Positions 51,903 to 61,203 of a stretch of DNA of 64,000 nucleotides are shown here, one piece after another. Numbering within the stretch: position 1 is the first letter of the stretch; each line of letters begins with the position of its first letter. The DNA is from an uncultured virus (IMG/VR IMGVR_UViG_2061766007_000307) (taxonomy: Duplodnaviria; Heunggongvirae; Uroviricota; Caudoviricetes), in IMG/VR virus record IMGVR_UViG_2061766007_000307, one strand, 5' to 3'. The position numbers were made by a program, and so were the translations under genes. The notes beneath the pieces are model-generated. The model was not told the DNA's origin, did not search any database, and saw only the letters and a list, made by a program, of their open reading frames with translations.

Positions 51903-52358
51903 ATGAAAGCTTTAGATGTTATAACATTGATGCCAAAAGCAGTATGGAGCTACTTGAAGGCTGCATATAATGCAATATCAGAGAATCTCAATCATCCTGA
52001 AGGAGACAAAGCTAACAGTTTTGACGAGATATATAATAGAGTGACTGTATGCAAGAAGTGCCCTGCTAGGAACAATGAGACTTGTATGGCGTGCGGATGC
52101 AACTGCTTTGTGAAATGCGAGCTTGAAGGCGAATGCCCTATATGGAGTGCGGACATATATACAGAAGTGTTCCCTCCTCTGAAGACAAGATACCCTAAAT
52201 ATCATGGAATCCGTGTCAAAGTAGGAGAGGTTGAACGATGGATATTCTGCACAGATGACAGGATATACAAATATCCATATATCGTATATCAGACCAAAGA
52301 GGACGTCAATAAATTATTCCTCAAATATTTCACAAAAGAAACAAAAACTGCGATTTAA
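51903..52358 (+). CDS. Cys-rich putative Zn-binding protein
   Basis: CKKC..CMACGC..CP. Confidence 0.65.
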   Translation: MKALDVITLMPKAVWSYLKAAYNAISENLNHPEGDKANSFDEIYNRVTVCKKCPARNNETCMACGCNCFVKCELEGECPIWSADIYTEVFPPLKTRYPKYHGIRVKVGEVERWIFCTDDRIYKYPYIVYQTKEDVNKLFLKYFTKETKTAI

Positions 52359-52445
52359 CGCGATATTCTGAATGAGATGTAGATTTATATATTTCGTAGG
52401 TGATCGCGTTAAAAAACAATATAAAACAACTAAAACATTCAACAT

Positions 52446-52895
52446 ATGGAACATACTACAAGCTGGGAAGATTGGACCAGAGAAAATTGCAAGATGTCTG
52501 AAGAATCTGACATTGCTGCATGGCATGAAGGTGCTGAGGCTGCTAAAAACTATTTCGAATGTCTTGCATCAAAAGGCGAGATGAGCGACGGCATGCATAC
52601 ATTCAACGAATTGTACGACTACCGCATGGCATACAACGCTATGCTAGTCAACCAATTTGCTGAACAAGGACTATACAATTGCCACAAATCTAAAAGACAT
52701 TCTGATGGTGAAGAATGTTTCGGTGGGGGATGGTTTATTGTTAATATGGAGCTGCCTACAGGCCAAGTAAGCAACCATTACCCGTTAGAGCATTGGGACA
52801 AATTCAAATGCGAAGAAAGAGATATTGCTGATCCTTGGGACGGGCATACTCCTCAAGTGGCTTACCATAGAATGATTGATTTCATCATGTTATGA
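52446..52895 (+). CDS. WDGH-motif phage protein
   Basis: SDGMHTFNELY..GQVSNHY..WDGHT. Confidence 0.8.
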   Translation: MEHTTSWEDWTRENCKMSEESDIAAWHEGAEAAKNYFECLASKGEMSDGMHTFNELYDYRMAYNAMLVNQFAEQGLYNCHKSKRHSDGEECFGGGWFIVNMELPTGQVSNHYPLEHWDKFKCEERDIADPWDGHTPQVAYHRMIDFIML

Positions 52896-52940
52896 AAACT
52901 CACCACAGCGATCGCATCAAGAGTAAGTTTGTACAAAAAC

Positions 52941-52971
52941 AAAAGGAGCTTATTGAAGTAAGCTCCTTTTT
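52941..52971. terminator. Bidirectional terminator
   Basis: aaaaggagctta-loop-taagctccttttt between convergent genes. Confidence 0.85.
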
Positions 52972-52997
52972 GTATTATACGTGCTGATGTATTTGAT

Positions 52998-54473
52998 TTA
53001 CTGTTTAACTTTAATATCATCAGTCATGATATGATCTGCATCTGTAGAAATGCATACATTTGCACGAGATATAAACGGACTACCCATAAGGCCTGCCAAG
53101 TCATAACCATTCTTCTCCATAGGATTGTTTGGAACCTGGTTCTTTATGATATCCATATTATATGCTCGCTTTACATCATCGGCTGAAACAAGAACTACAG
53201 GGACATACTTATATTTCACATGATTGAACGCAATGTTCATATAAGCGGTTTTAGCTCCTTTGTTATTGCTTCCTGTTATATTGACGTATATTGGAGATGA
53301 CTGTCCATGAATAAGGATCTCTGCCTGATCTGTGTTGTTCAATATACGGATGCTATCATAGAAGATAGTACATACATCGTCACTGCACAATCCCATATTG
53401 CAAGAAATTCTTTCATCTTCACTGATGACAATATCCATAGTTTCTACGCATCCTGCGATATTGTTGTTAGGGATCCATTCGAAATTCTCGAAGAATGCCA
53501 TGATGCTCTGTACAGGTGTACCTCCTGCAGAAGTGATACCTGTAGTACCTGGTGATGAGTTGATCTCGATGACATAGAACTTATTGTCTTCACTGACAAT
53601 GACATCAACACCACACCACACTGCACCTACTGCTTTAGCTGCAGCAATAGCAATATCTTCGATCTGCTTGATAGTCTCACGGTCAGTATTCTCGTCATTC
53701 ACAATCTCAACAGAAGCACCCAAATGGTAATTGCTTCTGAAATCCTCTTTAGTATGTGAACGTCTCATCATGCCTATAACTTCATATTTAGGATCTATAG
53801 ACGAATATGAGTTGTTCAGTACATGGACACGATAATCGCATCTGCTATTGATGAATTTCTGAAGGATCACACCATCTGTTATGGCAGTCATTGCCTGAAG
53901 GACTGATAGAGCGCTGTTAGGTGAGTCCATGATGAACACGCCTATACCCTGTGTACCTGAAGGGAGCTTTCCTACAATAGGATATCCCCATCCAGAAACC
54001 TTATCGAGAGCTTTCTGTACGCTTTTCTTAGGACACAATACTGTTTCTGGAGTATCTACACCAGCATTGCTCAACACGCGATATGTCTCAAACTTATCCT
54101 CACATGTCTGGAACACTTCTAGTGTATTTACCAAAAAGAATCCGTAGAATTTCAATAGCTTCAATAGATCACATGATGTACGTGTAGTTATCGCAGATCT
54201 TCTCGGGATTATAATTGTGTTGCGTATATCACATACAATAGAAACATCGCTTGAAGTATCTGTCAGTGTAAAAACGTACTCATTATCTCTACAGTCATCT
54301 ATAGTAGTAAACTCTGGATTCAAGCAATAGAATCCATAGCCTCTCTCTTTAGCTTGTTTTTCAAAAATGTCTAATGATGTATCAGCACATTTCTTTGCAG
54401 CTCGAGCGGATAGGAAGATCAGATTCTTCTTATCAGCTTTCTTTCCTTCGTTTATAGTAGTTACTGGTAGCAT
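52998..54473 (-). CDS. RimK-like ATP-grasp amino acid ligase with C-terminal extension
   Basis: EDKFET, GTQGIGV, ILQKFI, DYRVHV, FRSNYHLG, GVD, IEINSSPG. Confidence 0.9.
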   Translation of the reverse strand: MLPVTTINEGKKADKKNLIFLSARAAKKCADTSLDIFEKQAKERGYGFYCLNPEFTTIDDCRDNEYVFTLTDTSSDVSIVCDIRNTIIIPRRSAITTRTSCDLLKLLKFYGFFLVNTLEVFQTCEDKFETYRVLSNAGVDTPETVLCPKKSVQKALDKVSGWGYPIVGKLPSGTQGIGVFIMDSPNSALSVLQAMTAITDGVILQKFINSRCDYRVHVLNNSYSSIDPKYEVIGMMRRSHTKEDFRSNYHLGASVEIVNDENTDRETIKQIEDIAIAAAKAVGAVWCGVDVIVSEDNKFYVIEINSSPGTTGITSAGGTPVQSIMAFFENFEWIPNNNIAGCVETMDIVISEDERISCNMGLCSDDVCTIFYDSIRILNNTDQAEILIHGQSSPIYVNITGSNNKGAKTAYMNIAFNHVKYKYVPVVLVSADDVKRAYNMDIIKNQVPNNPMEKNGYDLAGLMGSPFISRANVCISTDADHIMTDDIKVKQ

Positions 54474-55114
54474 AAGATTTGAGTCTTTATATTTCTGACG
54501 TATGAATTGATTACATTGTGATGGCGGCTGTCTAGGTCAGGGATCTGTCCGTTATACCAACACAATACTACTGTAGCAACAGGAATGCCTTTTACATCTT
54601 TGATATTGCAGAAATAGATGTAGCTTACTTTATGCATCTCAAGCATGCTTTCTAATCTATGATCATTAAGCTTGCAGATCTTGCCTCGCCATCCGTCTTC
54701 CATGATATGCTGTTCTGCAAACGCAAATTTATCAAGTGATACATTATTGAATAGATCGCTTGTATATTCGATGGAGTCTGCAGCAACTTCGTATCTCATG
54801 TCTGCGAATACAAATGGGACTCGAGTGAAATTAGATACACCGTTATGATATCCTAATACAAATGTCTTCCCTGCGCCGATAAATTCTCTTAACTCAGTAA
54901 GATCTTCTCTGATCTTACCGCTTATAACAAAACGTGTGGTCGGGTCTAGATGCTCTTTCTGTGTTGAAATATATGTATCATAAACTACGACACATAATGT
55001 AGCTACAACACATATAGTTCGGATAATATTCAGAGTGCGTGCTGATAAGAACGTCATCTTACCAGCAGCCTCTCTGATTTTATCGACTAGCCCTAAAATT
55101 GTAGCTGTTTGCAT
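54461..55114 (-). CDS. Putative holin (single TM helix plus soluble domain, T4 T-like layout)
   Basis: One N-terminal TM helix followed by a GAF-like region containing YHNG. Confidence 0.5.
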   Translation of the reverse strand: MQTATILGLVDKIREAAGKMTFLSARTLNIIRTICVVATLCVVVYDTYISTQKEHLDPTTRFVISGKIREDLTELREFIGAGKTFVLGYHNGVSNFTRVPFVFADMRYEVAADSIEYTSDLFNNVSLDKFAFAEQHIMEDGWRGKICKLNDHRLESMLEMHKVSYIYFCNIKDVKGIPVATVVLCWYNGQIPDLDSRHHNVINSYVRNIKTQILCYQ

Positions 55115-55123
55115 GTCGTGGGA

Positions 55124-56884
55124 TTATTTGTTGAGATTGTGGTTGTTAATCAATCTAGTAAGCATCAAAGACTGTGCCTGTACTGCAAGGCATTTAGAAG
55201 CGCTCATGTCGCTAGCGATCTTCATCTTGACACTTTCATCCAATCCTTCCCAAATATGCTTAACGCTAGGGTGCATGAAAGAAAGCAATCGCTTCTCTTC
55301 TTTCTCAAGGAACATGTTCTCACGCTGAGCCTGTGCGTTTGCGTTGATTCTCTGTGTCTCTATATTCTCACGTTTCTGGATGTTCTCAAGCAACTTCTTG
55401 ATATCTGTCATATCAGATGTATTAGAGACTGTATCAAGAGCATCCATTCTTTCGCTTACAGATTCTGTAAAGTGATTCAAACGAGTATCGATCTTGTCGA
55501 ATCTCTTGATGCCTTCACGGATCTCTGAAGCAATAGAAGAATTCTTCTCATTGATATTTTCGATAGCGTTAACAACATCAGTGTCAAGATAAGCCTCTAC
55601 TAGGTTAAGTTCCTTAGCAGACTCATCAAGATATCTCTGCATCAAGCTAACCTCCTTAGCTGTGCTATCAAGGTAATCCTGCATCATGTTGACCTCTGCA
55701 TTGTTCTCATTGATAGTCTTTGCTATATAGTCAGCATATGATACGAATGCTTTCAATGTGCTTTCGTTCTCGTTGATTGTCTTTGCAGTATAATCTGCAT
55801 AATCAGCAAGCTTTCTGAACTTAGCATTCAAGTCCTTCTCTGTCTTATTGTAAGCAAGACCAATCTCTTCAAGATAGCTCTCTATGATATTCAATCGCTT
55901 AGCAGTATTTGAATCTGAACCGACTGCATGGCCTTCGTTGATAGCCTTAGACAAATACTCAAGGTATCCTACAACGTTGCTCATATCCTTGTTGTACTGC
56001 TCTGCAACATAATTCATATATTTCTTGTACTGAGAATCATCAGATCCGCAAGCACTCTTACCATCTTTCTTGATACGCTTCTCATCAAGGCTGTATACAA
56101 GATCGCGGATGTCATCAAGGCCTTCAGCAACACGAGAATCTATAATATTCTCAATATTAGCAGGAGCCTGTACTGATAGTTTGTTTGTAGAACATTTAGC
56201 TTCACAATTAGCTACACGGGCAGATAGATTCTTAACCTCTATAGCTAGATTGTGTATAAGAGATTTGATATCATCATTGTTATCAGGTTCACATGATGGA
56301 ACGCATGGTGTATCAGTATCGCATGCAAATACTGCAACATTGTCAAGATCGTCACATTCTGAACAAAGTCCTTCAGTAATGTCACGTACAGTCAAACGAG
56401 CATTAGCAAAGCCTGGCTCATCAACTAGGTCATATGTTACAAGGTTTGTAAGTGTGACAACACCACCCTTGCCAATATAACCTGTTGCACGAGAAGATAC
56501 AAACATAGGTACACCACTCTCTATAAGAGTACGTGCAATTCTACCGTTAGGTGTATCCAAAAGCTTCAACTCGCCTCTTACGCAGTTACTTGCGTCATCA
56601 ATTTCCAACTTAGTGACTACATGTGAAACAGCAGTCATTTCTGTAGTGTTACGGCCATTTGGGTGACCAAGCTCTCCAAGCAATCCTCCACTAGCACACT
56701 TGTCAGCAATCTGCTCAAGGACAGCTTTATAATTATCCTTCTTGTAGATTCTCTTGTTGCGATTCATTACGTCAAAAGTAGTGAACTCACCGACAAGGTA
56801 CAAGTCAGATCCTTCAGTGCGTGACTCCAAAATTTTAACAGGAGAAGCACTTCTAACGTTAATAATTACATTCTTGTTGTTCAT
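55124..56884 (-). CDS. T4 gp21-like prohead protease fused to a coiled-coil scaffold-like region
   Basis: NRNKRIY, GELGHP, VSH, LLDTPNG, VSSRATG, TYDLVDEPGF. Confidence 0.9.
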   Translation of the reverse strand: MNNKNVIINVRSASPVKILESRTEGSDLYLVGEFTTFDVMNRNKRIYKKDNYKAVLEQIADKCASGGLLGELGHPNGRNTTEMTAVSHVVTKLEIDDASNCVRGELKLLDTPNGRIARTLIESGVPMFVSSRATGYIGKGGVVTLTNLVTYDLVDEPGFANARLTVRDITEGLCSECDDLDNVAVFACDTDTPCVPSCEPDNNDDIKSLIHNLAIEVKNLSARVANCEAKCSTNKLSVQAPANIENIIDSRVAEGLDDIRDLVYSLDEKRIKKDGKSACGSDDSQYKKYMNYVAEQYNKDMSNVVGYLEYLSKAINEGHAVGSDSNTAKRLNIIESYLEEIGLAYNKTEKDLNAKFRKLADYADYTAKTINENESTLKAFVSYADYIAKTINENNAEVNMMQDYLDSTAKEVSLMQRYLDESAKELNLVEAYLDTDVVNAIENINEKNSSIASEIREGIKRFDKIDTRLNHFTESVSERMDALDTVSNTSDMTDIKKLLENIQKRENIETQRINANAQAQRENMFLEKEEKRLLSFMHPSVKHIWEGLDESVKMKIASDMSASKCLAVQAQSLMLTRLINNHNLNK

Positions 56885-56937
56885 ATATTACGCGTAAAAT
56901 AAACTATATTTATTTCATTTACACTATTATTAAAGAT

Positions 56938-58554
56938 TTACAATTTCAAATCACTAGAAGATGGGGATCCTCCCATGTCGTCGTCTCCTCCACCCATATC
57001 ATCTCCACCTCCGTTATCATCTCCACCTTCCTGAGGTTCTGTGGCGCTCTTCTTCTTTAGCTTATCATTCAAGCTGATATCATCAGAAGTCAATCCTAAG
57101 AATCTTCGAGCTATGAACTCAGGATGGAAATATGCATTTCCGTCACTATCCTGATACTGTGTAAGATCATTCACAGCACCTAAGATATTATTGATTCTCA
57201 TAGCCTCTCCTACATCACTGCTATATAGATATCTGTCAGACCACTGCAAATGCAGCTGTGTTCCAAGTTCAGCAATATCTGTGTTTTCGTCATCTGCAGC
57301 CATCATTCGGATAATCGGAGTGATCAGCATTCTTTCAAAGACACCTCTCAATCGGCCTATGAAGTTCGAATACTGTACTTCTTCTCTCAATATGTCAGAT
57401 TGAGGAGAGAATAACGAAGTACCTGACTGTCTGTCAAATCGTGAAAATGGAACATGAGTAGACCTTATGAAATTCTTGCGGAAGTAATCTATAGTATCAA
57501 TATCATTAAGATCAGGTCCATCATGCTTGACAGATTCCATATCGATCTTATTCTGTCCATCGCTAGCAAACCAATACTCTTTATAGAATGGCAGCATCGG
57601 ATTGCCGTTTACCTTGCATCGTCCATTGTCCCAATTGAAATCTACAACCTCTCTATACTTTGCACAGCTTTCTGCAAGCTTCTGCATAGATCTGGGTGAA
57701 TTGACATTTCCTACAGGAACAGTGAACTGCATCTTATAAGATGAATTAGTCACAGCCCATATCACACGAGAGGCTTCCATTGTTCTCATAATATTGAACG
57801 ATCTCTGCATACGGTCTACGTATGACAGTCTCTGTGTATTATTATCCTCTGAATATACTAATACAAGTACATCGTCAGGAGCAAGCTCAATGATCTGTGA
57901 CTTGTTGTATCTGGCTATAAGAGGATCTATAGATTCCATCGTCGGCTGCTGATACTTCCATGTGAATGGGTATTTGTTTTTATATTTAGGAGACGGAAGA
58001 GATTTGGTAAGATTAGCTGCATCCAATTCATGGAAACCTATTACATCACCATCTTTATTAGTAACTATTTCCAATGCGATGACACCATCTACAAGCCACT
58101 TTCTGAATAATGACCACAATCCTATAGTATACTTTGAATATAGATCCAAAGTCTTCATAAGGTATTCTGTGGCCTTCTCTTCTTTACTCTTTTCTAAGAT
58201 TCCAGGAAATATATTGACAGGAATCCTTCCGTTTGTCATATTCTGAATAGCATCATCGCACACAATGTCTAGAACGTTTTCTACTTCATCCTGGACAGCA
58301 AGCGCACGGAAATCATCTCTTCGGGTCTTGAAGTCATATTTAATAGACGACCCAGATGTGAACACATCCGCATTACCTAACATTCCTGATAAGTATGTCG
58401 TCTTATACGCATAGTCAAAAGACACGTCCTCGTCTACAGGGACCTGAAGAGTCTTACTGTTATGGATGACGCTGTTTGAAGGCAGCTTTCTCTCTTGAGT
58501 GCCTTTGAACAGATCTGCGATCTTATGTATTTTCTGTTGAATAAGTGATGCCAT
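56938..58554 (-). CDS. T4 gp20-like portal protein
   Basis: LFRKWLVDG, MEASRVIW, YF..FIRSTHVPFSRF, ILREEVQYSNFIGRLR. Confidence 0.9.
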   Translation of the reverse strand: MASLIQQKIHKIADLFKGTQERKLPSNSVIHNSKTLQVPVDEDVSFDYAYKTTYLSGMLGNADVFTSGSSIKYDFKTRRDDFRALAVQDEVENVLDIVCDDAIQNMTNGRIPVNIFPGILEKSKEEKATEYLMKTLDLYSKYTIGLWSLFRKWLVDGVIALEIVTNKDGDVIGFHELDAANLTKSLPSPKYKNKYPFTWKYQQPTMESIDPLIARYNKSQIIELAPDDVLVLVYSEDNNTQRLSYVDRMQRSFNIMRTMEASRVIWAVTNSSYKMQFTVPVGNVNSPRSMQKLAESCAKYREVVDFNWDNGRCKVNGNPMLPFYKEYWFASDGQNKIDMESVKHDGPDLNDIDTIDYFRKNFIRSTHVPFSRFDRQSGTSLFSPQSDILREEVQYSNFIGRLRGVFERMLITPIIRMMAADDENTDIAELGTQLHLQWSDRYLYSSDVGEAMRINNILGAVNDLTQYQDSDGNAYFHPEFIARRFLGLTSDDISLNDKLKKKSATEPQEGGDDNGGGDDMGGGDDDMGGSPSSSDLKL

Positions 58555-58564
58555 GACTTATTTA

Positions 58565-59662
58565 CTATGGTTCTGGTTTATTTATTTGTGGAAATAGGTT
58601 CACATTCAAAAACTTCACTATATCAGATATTTCAGAACTTTTTGCAAGTTCGATACTGATAGGATATTCTGAAAGGATAGTTCTTGATTTGACATCAAGT
58701 TCTTTAACTTCAAGGTATCCGTCAAGATATACTGATGAATCTATATATTTGTATGAACCTGTATTTGAACAACAGCGCTTAGCTCTCATTATAGTATTGT
58801 ATACTACCGTCTGAGGTATGTCAGTATATTCTTTTGTTATCTTTTCGAATACATCATATATATCACCTTTTTTGTTCTTCTTTATCTTAGAGAGCTCATA
58901 GCTTACTAAGCGTTTCAATGCTATGATTTTAAGAGTGTTCTTATAAGGTGATGCATATTTCATCTGGTTGTATATTGCAAGTCCTTCATTAGCCTTACTG
59001 TTACCTCTCATTCCTAACACAAACAACCAAAGACCTGTACGCATGCCTCTGAATTTGCGATATGCATGTGTATAGATCTCATGAGTGATAAGTCCTTCTA
59101 TCTCATCTTCATAGAAAGTAGCATCTTTCATAATTCTGATAGAGGTGCCTTTGATAGACATTCGTGCAGCCGTGCTCTTACTGAAAACTACCCTCCAGTT
59201 AGGGAGAAGCTTTGCCGCATTACAACACTTGTTGTAAACTTCTTCAACAGAGATCTTCTTGCGGCTAGGGTCTTTTTTTACCCATTTGACATCTTTAAGA
59301 ATCTTGATAGCTTCTTTTACAGGAGTATGTTTAGTAGATACACTGCTACTATCAGACTTCATAGCTCGAAGACTGTCTATGTACATAGGTGATAAGATGC
59401 ATTTGAACTTCTCAAACTCTTTGATGAGTTCATCTATCTTATCATCCGAGACGTGTTCGTATTTAGATTCTGGAGTATTTATATATATGGATTTATGATT
59501 CTTTGAGTTATAGTTTCCCATAAACTCATCATAGTACTCCGAAAGATCAACTTCTTCTTTCTTCTTTTCATATGATGCCATCTTAATCTTAGCCCACTTG
59601 AGGTCTAGCTCAAGCAGTTTCTTTCTGTTCTCATCAGACATCACGGCGTTATTGCCAATCAT
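58565..59662 (-). CDS. DUF1704 (MATCAP-like) metallo-carboxypeptidase
   Basis: HEIYTH (HExxxH), NEGLA, RAKR, YLDG. Confidence 0.8.
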   Translation of the reverse strand: MIGNNAVMSDENRKKLLELDLKWAKIKMASYEKKKEEVDLSEYYDEFMGNYNSKNHKSIYINTPESKYEHVSDDKIDELIKEFEKFKCILSPMYIDSLRAMKSDSSSVSTKHTPVKEAIKILKDVKWVKKDPSRKKISVEEVYNKCCNAAKLLPNWRVVFSKSTAARMSIKGTSIRIMKDATFYEDEIEGLITHEIYTHAYRKFRGMRTGLWLFVLGMRGNSKANEGLAIYNQMKYASPYKNTLKIIALKRLVSYELSKIKKNKKGDIYDVFEKITKEYTDIPQTVVYNTIMRAKRCCSNTGSYKYIDSSVYLDGYLEVKELDVKSRTILSEYPISIELAKSSEISDIVKFLNVNLFPQINKPEP

Positions 59663-59689
59663 ATTAGTTACATAGCACGTATACGTTAT

Positions 59690-59735
59690 TTACGAAGTGC
59701 AAGAAACCCAAAATCTTCAGTTTCGGGGATGAATT
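59690..59735 (+). mobile_element. IS605-type left end, runs into an assembly gap
   Basis: Homologous to 50658-50705 and preceded by TTAT. Confidence 0.65.
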
Positions 59736-59745
59736 NNNNNNNNNN

Positions 59746-59806
59746 CAGACTTTTTGTACGATTCATCCCAGAAACTGAAGATTTCTGGGTTTTCTCGTAT
59801 GATTTT
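59746..59806 (-). mobile_element. IS605-type left end on the opposite strand, runs into an assembly gap
   Basis: Reverse complement cgagaaaacccagaaatcttcagtttctgggatgaatcg, preceded by TTAT. Confidence 0.65.
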
Positions 59807-59819
59807 ATAAAAAAATTAG

Positions 59820-59891
59820 TCTTTCTACTAGGATTTGAACCTAGATAGCATGCGTATAAGGCATGCGTCCTAACCATTAGACGATAGAAAG
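59820..59891 (-). tRNA. tRNA with TAT anticodon (nominally Ile)
   Basis: Cloverleaf; anticodon arm catgc-cttatac-gcatg. Confidence 0.8.
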
Positions 59892-59894
59892 AAT

Positions 59895-59927
59895 TCTGTT
59901 GCTCTCAACCAACTGAGCTAAGGATCC
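59895..59927 (-). pseudogene. Isolated tRNA 5' half
   Basis: ggatcct-tagctcagttggttgagagc-aacaga, then stops; no T arm. Confidence 0.6.
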
Positions 59928-59934
59928 GTTTTAA

Positions 59935-60240
59935 TGTGTATTGCCTGAGAACTTTCAGCAACACTGATGCTATCCTAAGGGCCTTTGATAACCCTACTGT
60001 CACACTTGATCTTACAACCAAGTAAACATCACGATCACAGCATTTTGATAAAAGCTGCTAAAATCTTACCATACATATTCATAGACTCCCTTTTCGCACC
60101 GTCTTCCTTGCGAGATAAGGAAGGTGCCCCCTCCTAGACAGATGTTACTTCGATCATCTCATTGTAGTCCTTGCGGGGCTCCAATGCCTCCATATTGCAG
60201 AAGGATAAGATCGTTTTAGCATTGCATGGTGCTGGTCCAT
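59935..60240 (-). ncRNA. Candidate structured ncRNA (about 300 nt)
   Basis: No ORF; long-range stem 60056-60070/60204-60221; GCAA/GAAA-type loops on the minus strand. Confidence 0.5.
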
Positions 60241-60290
60241 TTTTGCTTTTAGAATTAAATTTATGCAAGTATATATCCTTATATATCAAC

Positions 60291-60842
60291 AAGTTAAGGA
60301 ACCCTGCGATTATCTATTAAAGTAAAAATATTCTTTGAGCACTCGAAGCGGACCAGCTCCTAGCACAACTACCTTTTGAGTAGCCTCATGCTAAACTCCG
60401 AGGATTTCCTTTTGCTGCCTCCAGCTACTTAGAATCTATCGTACTGCAGCACCTTAGTCTTTCACTACGACGCTATGTACTTCGTTATGCAAGCCCTCGT
60501 TAGGTATTCTCGAACCTGCATCTGATTAGGCCTTTATTCGCTTTCGCGTCAAGCACAGTCTTCGCAATATGCTCATATGTACTAGTACTTGACCGTTGTT
60601 AGCTAGCCAAGACCGCCGCACACATGACACCTCATCAGTTTTCAGTGAATGATCCGAAGATCATCGAGAGCCGCATGCTCAACATAAGCTCCCTTTATGA
60701 CCATTGCTGGCTTTATCTTGCTTATGGCAACGAAACCTTGCCAGTGTGATATTATCTGACAGCATTGAAACTCTTGCCGTAATCACAAAAAGCAACAAGA
60801 ATACTATCGCTAGTATGTCAGAATGCTGTTATACTTCAACTT
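60291..60842 (-). ncRNA. Candidate large ornate ncRNA (ROOL/GOLLD-like, about 550 nt)
   Basis: No ORF, GC-richer than the CDSs, many hairpins, terminal pairing aagttga/ttaactt, located inside the tRNA cluster. Confidence 0.5.
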
Positions 60843-60907
60843 TAATTGGTAGAATTGCGTATTAGAAGTTGTTGAGTAAAAAAGCTCGGACTTCTAATCA
60901 CAGAATC

Positions 60908-60943
60908 AGTAGCACAGTGTTCTATCCACTGAACTAATGAACT
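60908..60943 (-). pseudogene. Isolated tRNA 5' half (possibly Arg-ACG type)
   Basis: agttcat-tagttcagtggatagaac-a-ctgtg-ctac, then breaks inside the anticodon loop. Confidence 0.55.
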
Positions 60944-60950
60944 GATTTTG

Positions 60951-61024
60951 GGAGTCCGGCGAGATTCGAACCCGCGACATCCAGTGCCACAAACTGGCAC
61001 TCTTCCTACTGAGCTACAGACTCC
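60951..61024 (-). tRNA. tRNA-His(GTG)
   Basis: ccagt-ttgtggc-actgg; encoded G-1. Confidence 0.9.
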
Positions 61025-61031
61025 ATTTTTG

Positions 61032-61114
61032 TTGAGGTGGAGGGACTCGAACCCCCGAAAGCCGAATGGCAGCGGATTTACAGTCCGCTCTCGTTGCCGC
61101 TGGAGAACACCTCA
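61032..61114 (-). tRNA. tRNA-Tyr(GTA)
   Basis: gcgga-ctgtaaa-tccgc; long variable arm. Confidence 0.9.
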
Positions 61115-61129
61115 ATACATTTATTGTTG

Positions 61130-61203
61130 TCTGGATAGAGAGACTCGAACTCCCGATCCCTGCGTCCCAAACGCAGTGTGTTAACCAACTCCACCATATC
61201 CAG
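61130..61203 (-). tRNA. tRNA-Pro(TGG)
   Basis: ctgcg-tttggga-cgcag. Confidence 0.9.

Noticed and set aside
59930..60910. Group I intron interrupting the tRNA whose 5' half ends at 60908
   Set aside because: No matching 3' tRNA half follows, and I could not identify a P7 core
60948..61184. 78 aa plus-strand ORF
   Set aside because: Antisense to three tRNA genes
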